Of a stretch of DNA of 64,000 nt, positions 28,758-38,258 are shown in pieces (position 1 is the stretch's first letter; each line of letters starts with the position of its first letter). This DNA is from Candidatus Kapaibacterium sp. (GTDB lineage: Bacteria; Bacteroidota; Ignavibacteria; Kapaibacteriales; UBA2268). Below the pieces are notes generated by a model. The model did no database searches. It worked only from the letters and a program-made list of their open reading frames with translations, and had not been told where the DNA came from. The stretch spans positions 256,001 through 320,000 of the forward strand of contig OY762428.1 in assembly GCA_963665665.1 (NCBI GenBank). The letters run 5' to 3'. A program made the position numbers and the translations under genes.

Positions 28758-29514
28758 TTAAATAGTTTAATCTAGAAATTCTCTCATCGTCAGTGAACTG
28801 ATATTTAACCGGGCTGACCGTAACATAACCAATATCAAGGGAGTAATCATCACTTTTTGGGGATATATCGTTTTTGTTCATATCTCCGGCAAACCAGAAA
28901 TAATCCCTTCCAAAAGGATCTGTTCTTTTTTCGTAATGATCCTTCCAGATATTATCACTGACAGTGGTTATCTTCATACCCTTAATTTCATCTTCCGGCA
29001 AATTTGGGACATTCACATTCAAAAGCAGATCTTTTTCACTGTTATCAATAACTTTTGAAGCGATTTTTTTCGAATATTCCGCAGCAATAGCACAATCACT
29101 TGAATGAATATAGGAATCAAGAGAAACAGCTATGGAGGGAATTCCAAGCAGGTATCCCTCGGTTGCAGCTGATACTGTACCGGAATATAGAATATTAATT
29201 GCGGTATTTCTTCCAAAGTTAATCCCGGATATTATCAGGTCGGGTTTTCTTTCGGTAAGAGCAGACAGAGCCAGTTTTACACAATCACAGGGAGTGCCGT
29301 TAACTGCATACCCGAAAAACTCGCCGTTACGTCTGAATTTTGTTGCCCTGAGCGGCCTGGCAACTGTCAGTGCATGCCCAACAGCACTTTGCTGCCTGTC
29401 GGGAGCAATTACAACAGTATCGCCAATTGATTTCATTGCTTTCATTAATTCGAAAATACCCGGTGAATCTATTCCATCGTCGTTCGTTACTAATATAAAA
29501 GGTTTTTGCATCAA
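28750..29514 (-). CDS. surE: 5'/3'-nucleotidase SurE
   Basis: ILVTNDDGIDSPG, GTPCDCV, SGINFG, YSGTVSAA motifs. Confidence 0.97.
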   Translation of the reverse strand: MMQKPFILVTNDDGIDSPGIFELMKAMKSIGDTVVIAPDRQQSAVGHALTVARPLRATKFRRNGEFFGYAVNGTPCDCVKLALSALTERKPDLIISGINFGRNTAINILYSGTVSAATEGYLLGIPSIAVSLDSYIHSSDCAIAAEYSKKIASKVIDNSEKDLLLNVNVPNLPEDEIKGMKITTVSDNIWKDHYEKRTDPFGRDYFWFAGDMNKNDISPKSDDYSLDIGYVTVSPVKYQFTDDERISRLNYLND

Positions 29515-29627
29515 CTTTCACCTTAAAATTACCGAATCAATTTTAAATTAAATTCCTATTAACGTTTTTTCATCTTTCCCTGTGCGAAAATAAACAATAA
29601 AAATATCAATGTCAATAGCCGAAGCAA

Positions 29628-31049
29628 TTATATATATCTGGAAATATCATTATAAACAATAAATGCCATAAGTGCCAGGAGTATGATTATACCGAACTGC
29701 TGTATTCTCATTTTAACATTTACCGACACCTCGCGCCTGATAACCGCTTCAATTATAATAAAAACAAGATGCCCGCCGTCAAGCGCAGGGAAGGGGAAAA
29801 TATTTATAAGAGCCAGTGAAATTGACAATAATGCCATAAAATTTAGAAAGTTAACAATTCCTTTTTTTGCCTGGTCCGACGAAGCAACTGCGATAGCAAT
29901 TGGGCCGCCAAGTGATTTTTTTACAGATATGTTACCTTTGAATATCTGAGCAATTGAGCTTACGAATAAATCCATAGCCCTGTATGTTTGGCTGAAGCCC
30001 ATTGTCAGAGACTGCCCCAAACCAAATTCCTTAGTAGCCTTTTTCCCTGTATAAAGATCATTTAAGGCAACCCCTATCATTCCTTTGGAATTAGTTGTAA
30101 TGGTGTCAGAAAGTATTTTACTATCACGTTTCCAGCTCATTACAAAAGGTTTGCTTTTATTTGCCTGCAAAATATCCTGAAACTCTTTGAAAGAATTTAT
30201 GGCTTCCCCATCAACAGATAAAATTGTATCTCCTGCTTTCATACCAGCTTTTCCGGCAGGTTGAATTTTATCAACAGCCGTCAGGATGGTTAATAGTTTA
30301 TCCGGGGTCATTCCAAATATGGAATAATCATTTCCCTGGGCATTTACCATGGATTTTACAATCTCTTCACCGTCTGCTTTTGTTTCAAACTTTTCGCCAT
30401 TTCTTTCATATTTAATAAGTTTATCTTTTCCGAAATCATCCAGCCTCATTTTCTCGGACAGTGTATTCCAGTCTGATACCTGGTTTCCATTAACACTAAG
30501 AATTTTATCTCCCGGCAGAATACCGGCCTTTGCAGCAATTGATTTTGGCTGTACATAAGCTACCGTGGTAGTAGAAGCAACTGACTCGCCTTTGAAAAAA
30601 ATGATACCTGAAAAGATAAAGTATGCAAGAATGATATTCATTATCACTCCGGCACTTATCACAAAAGCTTTCTGGAAGGTATTCTTTGATCTGAATTCCC
30701 AGGGCTGTGGTTCTGTTTCAACATAGTCGGTATCCATACTTTCGTCAACCATGCCTGCAATTTTCACGTAACCTCCGATAGGGAAAACAGCAATTCGGTA
30801 ATCGCAATGACCGTTCAGGTCAATTTCGTCCTCACTGTCTGTGCCGTCTTCATTCTTTTTCCTTGGCATGGGGCCAAAAGTAAAGCCTGTTATCCTGTTC
30901 CAGCCAAAAAGCCTGGTACCCATTCCGATTGAAAAAACATCAGTTCTCATCCCGGAAATACGGGCAGCAATGAAATGCCCGAATTCATGGATTAATACTA
31001 ATACGCCAATTACAATTATAAAATAAAATAAGCTGCTGATAAAATCCAT
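29628..31049 (-). CDS. rseP: RIP metalloprotease RseP
   Basis: HEFGH, GGYVKIAG, two PDZ domains, NIFPFPALDGG; follows dxr. Confidence 0.96.
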   Translation of the reverse strand: MDFISSLFYFIIVIGVLVLIHEFGHFIAARISGMRTDVFSIGMGTRLFGWNRITGFTFGPMPRKKNEDGTDSEDEIDLNGHCDYRIAVFPIGGYVKIAGMVDESMDTDYVETEPQPWEFRSKNTFQKAFVISAGVIMNIILAYFIFSGIIFFKGESVASTTTVAYVQPKSIAAKAGILPGDKILSVNGNQVSDWNTLSEKMRLDDFGKDKLIKYERNGEKFETKADGEEIVKSMVNAQGNDYSIFGMTPDKLLTILTAVDKIQPAGKAGMKAGDTILSVDGEAINSFKEFQDILQANKSKPFVMSWKRDSKILSDTITTNSKGMIGVALNDLYTGKKATKEFGLGQSLTMGFSQTYRAMDLFVSSIAQIFKGNISVKKSLGGPIAIAVASSDQAKKGIVNFLNFMALLSISLALINIFPFPALDGGHLVFIIIEAVIRREVSVNVKMRIQQFGIIILLALMAFIVYNDISRYI

Positions 31050-31079
31050 TTTAAGTTAATGTTTTTGTTGATAATTATA

Positions 31080-32228
31080 TTAAATTACTGATCTCAAATC
31101 ATCTGCGATTTCTCTCGCAAATGAATCTGTTTCCAAAATATCTTCAATAGACGGATTATTAATAAAAGAAATTTTCTCGGTTGTGGAATTTATTATCTCC
31201 GGAATATCATTGAAACGAATTTCCCTGTTCAGGAAAGCCGCAACGGCAACTTCATTGGCAGCGTTCAAGGCAGCAGGAATATTTCCTCCCCTATCCAGTG
31301 CTTTGAATGCAAAAGACAGGCAGGGAAATTTTTCATAATCGGGTTTCTCAAAACTCAGGTCTGTAGTCAAAGACAAATCAAGTCTTGGAAAATCGTAATC
31401 CAGGTGATCCGGATAATTTATAGCATAAGCTATTGGAACCCTCATATCGGGCATTCCAAGCTGCGCTTTAACGGATCCGTCACGAAACACCACCATTGAA
31501 TGAACAATGGACTGAGGATGTACGAGTACATCCAATCTATCAAGGCCGGTATCGAACAGCCAATAGGCTTCGATAAGTTCAAAACCTTTGTTCATCAGAG
31601 TAGCTGAATCAATTGTAATTTTGTTGCCCATACTCCAGTTAGGATGGTCCAGAGCCTGTTCAACAGTAATATTCTTAAATTCCGATTTATCGATTTTTCT
31701 GAAAGGGCCGCCTGATGCAGTTAAAATAACTTTTTCGATCTGTTCGTTCTTTTCACCTGCCAAACATTGGAGAACAGCACTATGTTCACTGTCAACAGCA
31801 AGAATTTCTGCATTATTATTTTTTGCCTCACTCATAATTATCGAGCCGGCGCTCACCAATGTTTCTTTATTAGCCAGAGCTATTAATTTTCCTTTTTTTA
31901 CAGCCGCCAGTGTCGGTTCCACCCCTGCAAATCCCACAAGCGATGATAAAATAATATCATTATCATCTGCTACAGCGGCTTCAATCAGGCCTTCTCTTCC
32001 AAAAAGGATTTCACCCTTGAATCTGCTGTTTTTCTTAAATGTTTTGTAGGAGTCTTCGTTAGAAATTACCACACCCCGGGGATTAAAACTTTCAATCTGC
32101 TTTTCCAGCAGATCTATATTTCCGTTTGCAGTCAGGTAATTAATTGCAAGACCGGGATTCCTGCTGATTACATCCAGAGCCTGTGTGCCTATTGAACCTG
32201 TCGAACCGAGTATTGATATTTTTTTCAT
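31080..32228 (-). CDS. dxr: 1-deoxy-D-xylulose-5-phosphate reductoisomerase
   Basis: LGSTGSIG, LANKE, VDSEHSA, HPNWSMG, NAANEVAV motifs. Confidence 0.98.
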   Translation of the reverse strand: MKKISILGSTGSIGTQALDVISRNPGLAINYLTANGNIDLLEKQIESFNPRGVVISNEDSYKTFKKNSRFKGEILFGREGLIEAAVADDNDIILSSLVGFAGVEPTLAAVKKGKLIALANKETLVSAGSIIMSEAKNNNAEILAVDSEHSAVLQCLAGEKNEQIEKVILTASGGPFRKIDKSEFKNITVEQALDHPNWSMGNKITIDSATLMNKGFELIEAYWLFDTGLDRLDVLVHPQSIVHSMVVFRDGSVKAQLGMPDMRVPIAYAINYPDHLDYDFPRLDLSLTTDLSFEKPDYEKFPCLSFAFKALDRGGNIPAALNAANEVAVAAFLNREIRFNDIPEIINSTTEKISFINNPSIEDILETDSFAREIADDLRSVI

Positions 32229-32242
32229 TATAATTTTAGTCT

Positions 32243-33877
32243 TTAAGAATATTCTCCGGTAATATCCTTTTGCCTTCTGGCAGAATAGAACCTGAAATTG
32301 TCAATTTGCACGTGCTGGCTTTGCTGCACTTTAATTTTAACGAAATATTTTATCATAAGGCGTGAAAGCCGTGAAATAGTACCATCAGTAAGATATTCTG
32401 CCACATTCGGGTGTACCTGTAGTATCAGCCTGAATTCGCGGGACCGTGAACGGAAATTCTTAAGCCATCTTTCTATTGAATTCAGCAGAACAACTTTTGA
32501 AGTTACCCTGCCGGTGCCGTTGCACATCGGGCAGGATTCGCTTGTTTTTTCTGAAATATTCTGATTCACGCGCTGGCGTGTTATCTGAATAAGGCCCAGC
32601 TGTGTAACGGGATATACAACAGTTTTGGCACGGTCTTTTGCCAGTTCCCTTTTCATATCGTTAAATATTTTTTTTCTGTTGCTTTCCTTAGCCATATCGA
32701 TAAAATCAATAATTATCATTCCGGCAATATCGCGTAGCCTTATCTGGCGGGCAATTTCTTTTATAGCTTCAAAGTTTGTTTTTGCAGCGTTCTTTTCCTG
32801 TTCTTTCTCGGTTGCCCTTCCAGAGTTAACATCAATAACTATCATCGCTTCTGTCTGATCGACTACGATTGAACCGCCGCTCGGCAGTTGAACTTTTCTT
32901 TTATAAGTTGTAGCCAGTTCATTCTCGATACCGAAAGTATCAAATATCGGCTTTGTACCGGTATAAAGCTGAACTTTATCAATTTGTTCCGGTGATGTTC
33001 TTTTCAGGTAATTCACAATTTCTTTGTAAAGCTTTTTGGAATCAATAATAACCTTAGTAATATCTTTGCCAAGCAAATCCCTGATTACACTTGTTGCAAG
33101 CTGCATATCCTGATGCAGAAGTGCCGGAGGCCTTGACCTTTGAACTTTGGTTTCAATTTCTTTCCATTTATCAAGCAGTTCCTGCCAGTCATTCCGGAGT
33201 TCTTCGTCAGATCTTCCGGCCGATGCAGTTCTGATAATACAGCCAAATCCCTCGGGAAGAACTTTCCTTGCCATCTGCCTTAAGCGCCTGCGCTCCTGGT
33301 AGGAATAAATTTTTCTGGAAACACCTACAATATTGTCAAAAGGCAAGAGTACAACATAACGTCCGGGCAAAGCAATTTTTGTAGTTACTTTTACCCCTTT
33401 ATGGCCGTAAGCTTCACGAACCACCTGCACAATAACATCCTGGTTCGGTTCCAGGTTAATTTTTATCTTACCTGATTTCTTTGTTACGAAAACAGGCCTG
33501 TCCTTATCGTCACCAGTATTGGGCGAAGCTCTTCTTAAAGCAATAGCAGATCCTGAATCGAATTTCCTGGTATCAGAATTTTTTCCCGAATTTTTATCTT
33601 CATAAATATCCTCATCTTCGTCTTCTTCAACAAGGAAATCATTTTCCATTGATTCGTCAATATCAGAAAAATGCAAAAAGGCATCATGATTAAGCCCTAC
33701 ATTTATAAAAGCAGCATTTATCCCCTGAACGATCCTGTTCACCTTGCCAAGATAAATATTTCCTACATACCTTTCCTTATCAGGTAGTTCGATAAAAAAC
33801 TCGGCTAATCTCTCGTTTTCAGTAATGGCAACCCTGACTTCATTCAGGGTTGAATTTATAATAATTTTCTTATTCAT
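32243..33877 (-). CDS. Ribonuclease E/G family (Rne/Rng)
   Basis: S1 domain GNIYLGKV, IDVNSG, IIIDFIDM, CPMCNGTG zinc link; no long C-terminal scaffold. Confidence 0.94.
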   Translation of the reverse strand: MNKKIIINSTLNEVRVAITENERLAEFFIELPDKERYVGNIYLGKVNRIVQGINAAFINVGLNHDAFLHFSDIDESMENDFLVEEDEDEDIYEDKNSGKNSDTRKFDSGSAIALRRASPNTGDDKDRPVFVTKKSGKIKINLEPNQDVIVQVVREAYGHKGVKVTTKIALPGRYVVLLPFDNIVGVSRKIYSYQERRRLRQMARKVLPEGFGCIIRTASAGRSDEELRNDWQELLDKWKEIETKVQRSRPPALLHQDMQLATSVIRDLLGKDITKVIIDSKKLYKEIVNYLKRTSPEQIDKVQLYTGTKPIFDTFGIENELATTYKRKVQLPSGGSIVVDQTEAMIVIDVNSGRATEKEQEKNAAKTNFEAIKEIARQIRLRDIAGMIIIDFIDMAKESNRKKIFNDMKRELAKDRAKTVVYPVTQLGLIQITRQRVNQNISEKTSESCPMCNGTGRVTSKVVLLNSIERWLKNFRSRSREFRLILQVHPNVAEYLTDGTISRLSRLMIKYFVKIKVQQSQHVQIDNFRFYSARRQKDITGEYS

Positions 33878-33994
33878 GCACCCGCATTCAAAATATTTTC
33901 AAAACCGGCCGAAAAAACACTTTTATAGAAGCGGCCGAAAATAACTTTGCAAAATAACAAAAGCATTTCGTATTTCATAGAATAAAAAAATAAA

Positions 33995-34091
33995 GGCCAA
34001 GTTGACCGTGGCACCCTGAGAACAAACTTACCGCTGCTTCCTTTCGGACCTGACGGAGTTGGGCTTGACTCAGCCGCACGGGACTTGACCC
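33995..34091 (-). ncRNA. ffs: Signal recognition particle RNA (small bacterial SRP, 4.5S)
   Basis: Minus strand gggtcaagt...cgtcaggtccgaaaggaagcagcg...aacttggcc, containing the conserved helix-8 motif and complementary ends. Confidence 0.93.
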
Positions 34092-34104
34092 AAAACTTTT
34101 GATA

Positions 34105-34112
34105 CAAACTTA
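34105..34112 (-). promoter_or_regulatory. Bacteroidota-type -7 promoter box for ffs
   Basis: TAAGTTTG (TAnnTTTG) 13 nt upstream of the ffs 5' end. Confidence 0.6.
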
Positions 34113-34186
34113 TCAATAATTTTTATTCAATCCAAATTATTTCTTAAAACATTTATTTTTTTCTTGTCAGATTAAAATATTTCCTT

Positions 34187-34194
34187 TAAATTTG
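34187..34194 (+). promoter_or_regulatory. Bacteroidota-type -7 promoter box for tRNA-Arg
   Basis: TAAATTTG 17 nt upstream of the tRNA. Confidence 0.6.
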
Positions 34195-34211
34195 TATTCT
34201 ATACTAATCGA

Positions 34212-34285
34212 GCGCCGGTAGCTCAGTTGGATAGAGCAACAGCCTTCTAAGCTGTGGGCCACAGGTTCGAATCCTGTCCGGCGTA
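34212..34285 (+). tRNA. tRNA-Arg(UCU)
   Basis: Acceptor gcgccgg/ccggcgt, D-arm agctcagttggatagagc, anticodon arm acagc-cttctaa-gctgt, T-loop ggttcgaatcc; CCA not encoded. Confidence 0.97.
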
Positions 34286-34286
34286 C

Positions 34287-34319
34287 AAAAAGCTCCCAAA
34301 ACAGGGAGCTTTTTTTTTT
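34287..34319 (+). terminator. Intrinsic terminator after tRNA-Arg
   Basis: aaaaagctccc-aaaaca-gggagctttttttttt. Confidence 0.85.
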
Positions 34320-34428
34320 GCAGAAACTCATTTTACTCGTCTTTATAGCGATATAAGATTTTAATTAGTAATTGCTGGGTAATATTTTCGTATATTACCA
34401 CTAAACAATATATTACTTTGGAGGCAAA

Positions 34429-37374
34429 ATGACAATAAGATATACTATACAAAATTATTTTTCCACCTTCCTGTTTCTTTTTCTTATCGGAGCATTATCA
34501 AATGCTTCTGCGCATCAAACAGAAGTGCAGCTTCCGGCATCAAAGTACACACTTGCTGATATACTACACAGTAACGTCGAAAATTTAAGCACTGACATTG
34601 GAAAAAACTTCGAAGGCTGGAATACTATAGGAAGCAGCTACGAAGCTCTTCCCCACTTTGCATTTGGTAAGCCTGTCCGAATTGATGGTTATAATGATAT
34701 TACAAAATCAAATGCAGCCGAAGCGGCGAAGGCATTTCTTAATCAAAATAAAATCCTTGATATTGATACCGAATCACTGATATTAAAAAGAGTAACTAAA
34801 GTCAACAATCTTTGGACAGTCGGCTATGCTCAAAAATTTAATAACATTGAAGTTCTTCTCAGCAGCGTTCAGATAATGATCCGCAGCGATGCTAAAGTAA
34901 TTTCATTTGAAAGAGACTATTATTCTAATATTGATGCCCCGACAACTCCTACAGTTTCAGTTGCAACTGCAATAGAACGTGCAGGCGAGTTCAACACTGA
35001 AATCAAAAATCGTGAAAGAATTCAGGCAAATAAGGAATTATTTATTATACCGGTTCATACACCCGGAAATGTTGATTTCAGGCTTGTTTATGACATTACC
35101 ATTGCAGGAAGTGATCTTATAACCCAGACTTTTGTTGACGCAAATAGTTCTGCACTTGTATGGAAAAGGGAATTAACGAGCAATATTGATACTAAAGTCA
35201 AAATTGCAGGTATGGTAAAAATGAACAACCCTCTGAACGAAGAAATGATCAAACCTTTTTACGATATAAACGTTCTATACAACGATTCCACTTATATTAC
35301 TGATATGAATGGCGAAGTAGTTTTGCCTGTAGAGGCAATTTCTGATTTTTCAGTATCTTTTACCGGGCCCTATGCAAATGTTTCCCGCTTAGGTTCTGAA
35401 AAAACAACTTTCACCAAAAAGATAGAACCGGGAGTTGATTTCGAAATGGAAATTTCTGACACCAATTCGCATTTGTTCGAAAGAATGCTTTTCTATCATA
35501 CAAACAAAGCCCATAAATTTTATACAGATATCGATCCGGAATCATCCGCCATGGATTTTCAGATAAATGTAACTCTTAGAAGTCAGGGTATGAGCCCCAA
35601 TGCTTCAAGCAATCTTGAAACCGGAGATATTAATTTTTATAAAGTTGATGACCCTGCTGCAAAAATGGCACAGACTCCGGGTATTCTTTATCATGAATAC
35701 GGACATAGTGTAAACACCAGGCTTTACAAGGAACTCGGATGCTCTAACGGTATGATAAATTTTGCTACTCACGAGGCCACAGCCGACCTGAACGCTGCTC
35801 TCCAGCTTAACGACCCGAGAATCGGCTACGGTACGTTTCCTGATACGAATAAGATTATCAGAACGATAAATAACAACAACAAATATCCCGATGATATTTC
35901 AGGCGAATCCCATCACGACGGCCTTATACTTGCAGGTGCGTTCTGGGATATGAAGAAAGTAATTAACGACCTTAACTATATGGCAAAACTTATTCATTAT
36001 TCAAAAAAGATAAGCCTGCCGGATGACGAAAATACGGGCGTAGCCTATGCCGAATGGCTTTTAGCTGCCCTTATTGCCGACGATGCCCTTGGAGAAGGCG
36101 ACAACGACCTGACCAATGGCAGCCCGAATGCAATGGAAATACTCGAAGCCTTCAACAAGCACCAGATCGGCCCGAGGCTTCTTGTTCAATCAACATTCAG
36201 CCACGATCCCTATCCGGATACTTATGACACAGAAAACAACTATGTAATTAATTTTCACTTAGACGGCTCGATTGCTTTTCTTGAAAATACTCCGAGCAAT
36301 GTTATGTTACATTATTCAATTAATGGCGGCGAATATATCGATGCTCCTGCAGAAATGTTAACAAAAGGAAATTATGAGGTAATTATCCCTGCACAGCCAA
36401 GAGGTACAAAGGTAAGATATTACTTCACTGCTGTTGAATCATATTCTAAAGCTAAAATGGAGTTTTTCAAGAACATGCAGTCCTCGACACCTTACCTTTT
36501 CTATGTCGGGTATAAAACAGTTTTTACCGACAATCTGGAAGAAATTGAAGGCTGGACAATAGGAGCAGATTCTGATAATTCGACTAATGCCGGTTGGGAA
36601 TACGGCGTACCATCAATGGTTGTTTTCAAAAGTGGAAATACAAAATACACAATGCAGCCAGGTGAAGATCACAGTTCTGACGGCACAAAATGTTTTGTAA
36701 CCGGCGCTGGTTTTGACGGCACAACAAGTGGTTTCTATACAGGGATGCCAAACGGCAAAACAACATTAACATCGCCGAAATATGATATATCAAATCTTAG
36801 CAAGCCATTGTTGACATATTATCAGTATTTTGTAAATATTCAATATTTCGGTCCCAACCATCTTTGCAATTGGATAACAGAAATCAGCAGTGATGGCGGA
36901 ATCACCTGGGTTACTGTTGAAAACACTAAGGAGTTTGACTGGAAATGGATTGAGAAAAAAATTGATATTGAAGAATATATCGAATTGACTAAAGAATTCC
37001 AATTCAGAATTATTTTCAATGCCAAAAAAGGCCAGAATATTATACCCGGAGCATGGAATGAAGGTCTGGTAGACGATATCGGGTTTCTTACTGCTAACGA
37101 TGGCTTAGTAAGTTCAAAACAGGATGAAATCTATGAAAACATCGTAATTTTCCCTAATCCTGCTTCTGACTTCATCACAGTAGGAAACATCTATGAAAAA
37201 ATTATTTCAAAAATTGAAATTTCAGATATGAACGGTATTACTATTCACTCCATTTCAGGAATTTCAGGAGATGAACTCAAAATTGACTTAAATAAATTTT
37301 CTACCGGAATGTATGTTCTTAAACTCTATTCCGAAACTGATGTAAAAACTCACAAATTTGTGATTATAAGGTAA
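34429..37374 (+). CDS. Secreted M4/M36-like zinc metallopeptidase with T9SS C-terminal domain
   Basis: Signal peptide, FTP/PepSY-like propeptide, HEYGH plus HEATAD zinc ligands, ESHHDG, C-terminal IFPNPAS...GMYVLKL...KFVIIR. Confidence 0.82.
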   Translation: MTIRYTIQNYFSTFLFLFLIGALSNASAHQTEVQLPASKYTLADILHSNVENLSTDIGKNFEGWNTIGSSYEALPHFAFGKPVRIDGYNDITKSNAAEAAKAFLNQNKILDIDTESLILKRVTKVNNLWTVGYAQKFNNIEVLLSSVQIMIRSDAKVISFERDYYSNIDAPTTPTVSVATAIERAGEFNTEIKNRERIQANKELFIIPVHTPGNVDFRLVYDITIAGSDLITQTFVDANSSALVWKRELTSNIDTKVKIAGMVKMNNPLNEEMIKPFYDINVLYNDSTYITDMNGEVVLPVEAISDFSVSFTGPYANVSRLGSEKTTFTKKIEPGVDFEMEISDTNSHLFERMLFYHTNKAHKFYTDIDPESSAMDFQINVTLRSQGMSPNASSNLETGDINFYKVDDPAAKMAQTPGILYHEYGHSVNTRLYKELGCSNGMINFATHEATADLNAALQLNDPRIGYGTFPDTNKIIRTINNNNKYPDDISGESHHDGLILAGAFWDMKKVINDLNYMAKLIHYSKKISLPDDENTGVAYAEWLLAALIADDALGEGDNDLTNGSPNAMEILEAFNKHQIGPRLLVQSTFSHDPYPDTYDTENNYVINFHLDGSIAFLENTPSNVMLHYSINGGEYIDAPAEMLTKGNYEVIIPAQPRGTKVRYYFTAVESYSKAKMEFFKNMQSSTPYLFYVGYKTVFTDNLEEIEGWTIGADSDNSTNAGWEYGVPSMVVFKSGNTKYTMQPGEDHSSDGTKCFVTGAGFDGTTSGFYTGMPNGKTTLTSPKYDISNLSKPLLTYYQYFVNIQYFGPNHLCNWITEISSDGGITWVTVENTKEFDWKWIEKKIDIEEYIELTKEFQFRIIFNAKKGQNIIPGAWNEGLVDDIGFLTANDGLVSSKQDEIYENIVIFPNPASDFITVGNIYEKIISKIEISDMNGITIHSISGISGDELKIDLNKFSTGMYVLKLYSETDVKTHKFVIIR

Positions 37375-37837
37375 ACATATTTGGTAACATCAATCGGACA
37401 GATGATGTCCCGTGATGCCTCCTTATAATTACTATTAACCAATATTAACGATGTGAAGGATCTATAATAGAAAATAGTTATGGGTCCTTCTCTACGCTTA
37501 GACGAAGATAGAAGTCTGACCCGATTTATAATCTACCTGTAGGGTAATAAAAGTTTTTAAGCAAAAAAGCTTCTCTTACACTATATCCGGCAAAAGGCGG
37601 TCAGCGAAACTGTCACTGCACCGCAATATTCAATGTTACTCCAATGGACAGTTTTAACTAAAAGATAAATAATAAAGAGCCTTCTTTCGAAGGCCCTGAT
37701 ATTTTTGCCCTTTAAGATATCCGTTTTCTACCTTTAGCAATCTTTTGGGGCTTATAATTGGCTGCTCAAAGAACAGCAGCCATAAAAACTCGGTTTAGGG
37801 GAAATCCCTATTGGGATTGCTATTTATAAGGTAAACA
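37364..37837 (+). other. Putative structured non-coding element flanked by a 14-bp direct repeat
   Basis: TTATAAGGTAAACA at 37364-37377 and 37824-37837; many helices between them with G-U pairs on the + strand; no ORF of 60 aa or more. Confidence 0.5.
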
Positions 37838-38211
37838 CAATTTAATACCTGAAAGTTACAATTTATTTTATAATTATACTGAAAATGATATAATAAGCAA
37901 AATTTATTAAACAATTATGCCATCGATTTTTTTATTTTTCCATCCATTTGGTCTTTAGTCCGGGCTGTTTTATCAAGACTTACAGGCATCAGGGCAAGTA
38001 GATTACATCCAAAACCTATTTTGGAAAGATAGCTGCATTTTCGAGATATTGTAATTTACAAGGTTTTTGTACTGTGTCTGTTTGGGAGCAATCTGAAAGT
38101 GTATTGTATTAATCATAAACTGCAACATCGACAATTACCTGGATATTGAATGTCAGGAAATTTTGTAACAATGTACCAGAAAAGTTTATGGAATATTTAG
38201 ATAAAAACAAT

Positions 38212-38246
38212 TAAGCCTTTGTAAGTATTTTATTTACAAAGGCTTA
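38212..38246 (-). terminator. Terminator hairpin after tRNA-Ser
   Basis: 13-bp stem taagcctttgtaa/ttacaaaggctta. Confidence 0.7.
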
Positions 38247-38258
38247 TATATTATTCTG

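Noticed and set aside
33874-34116. 80-aa ORF upstream of rne
   Set aside because: It spans the SRP RNA gene and its promoter; shadow ORF
37735-37822. Known riboswitch (c-di-GMP, cobalamin, fluoride, lysine, glmS) or 6S/tmRNA/RNase P in the gap
   Set aside because: Only fragmentary resemblance; the diagnostic consensus motifs are absent and no downstream gene is positioned to be regulated
37300-37840. Diversity-generating retroelement (VR at the peptidase 3' end, TR downstream) or retron
   Set aside because: Shared sequence is limited to the 14-mer and a non-colinear taaaaactc; there is no long adenine-mismatched repeat and no reverse transcriptase in the window
37840-38210. Possible decayed pseudogene between the structured element and tRNA-Ser
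   Set aside because: The frames I translated are broken by stops and the short peptides resemble nothing I recognise; would need BLASTX
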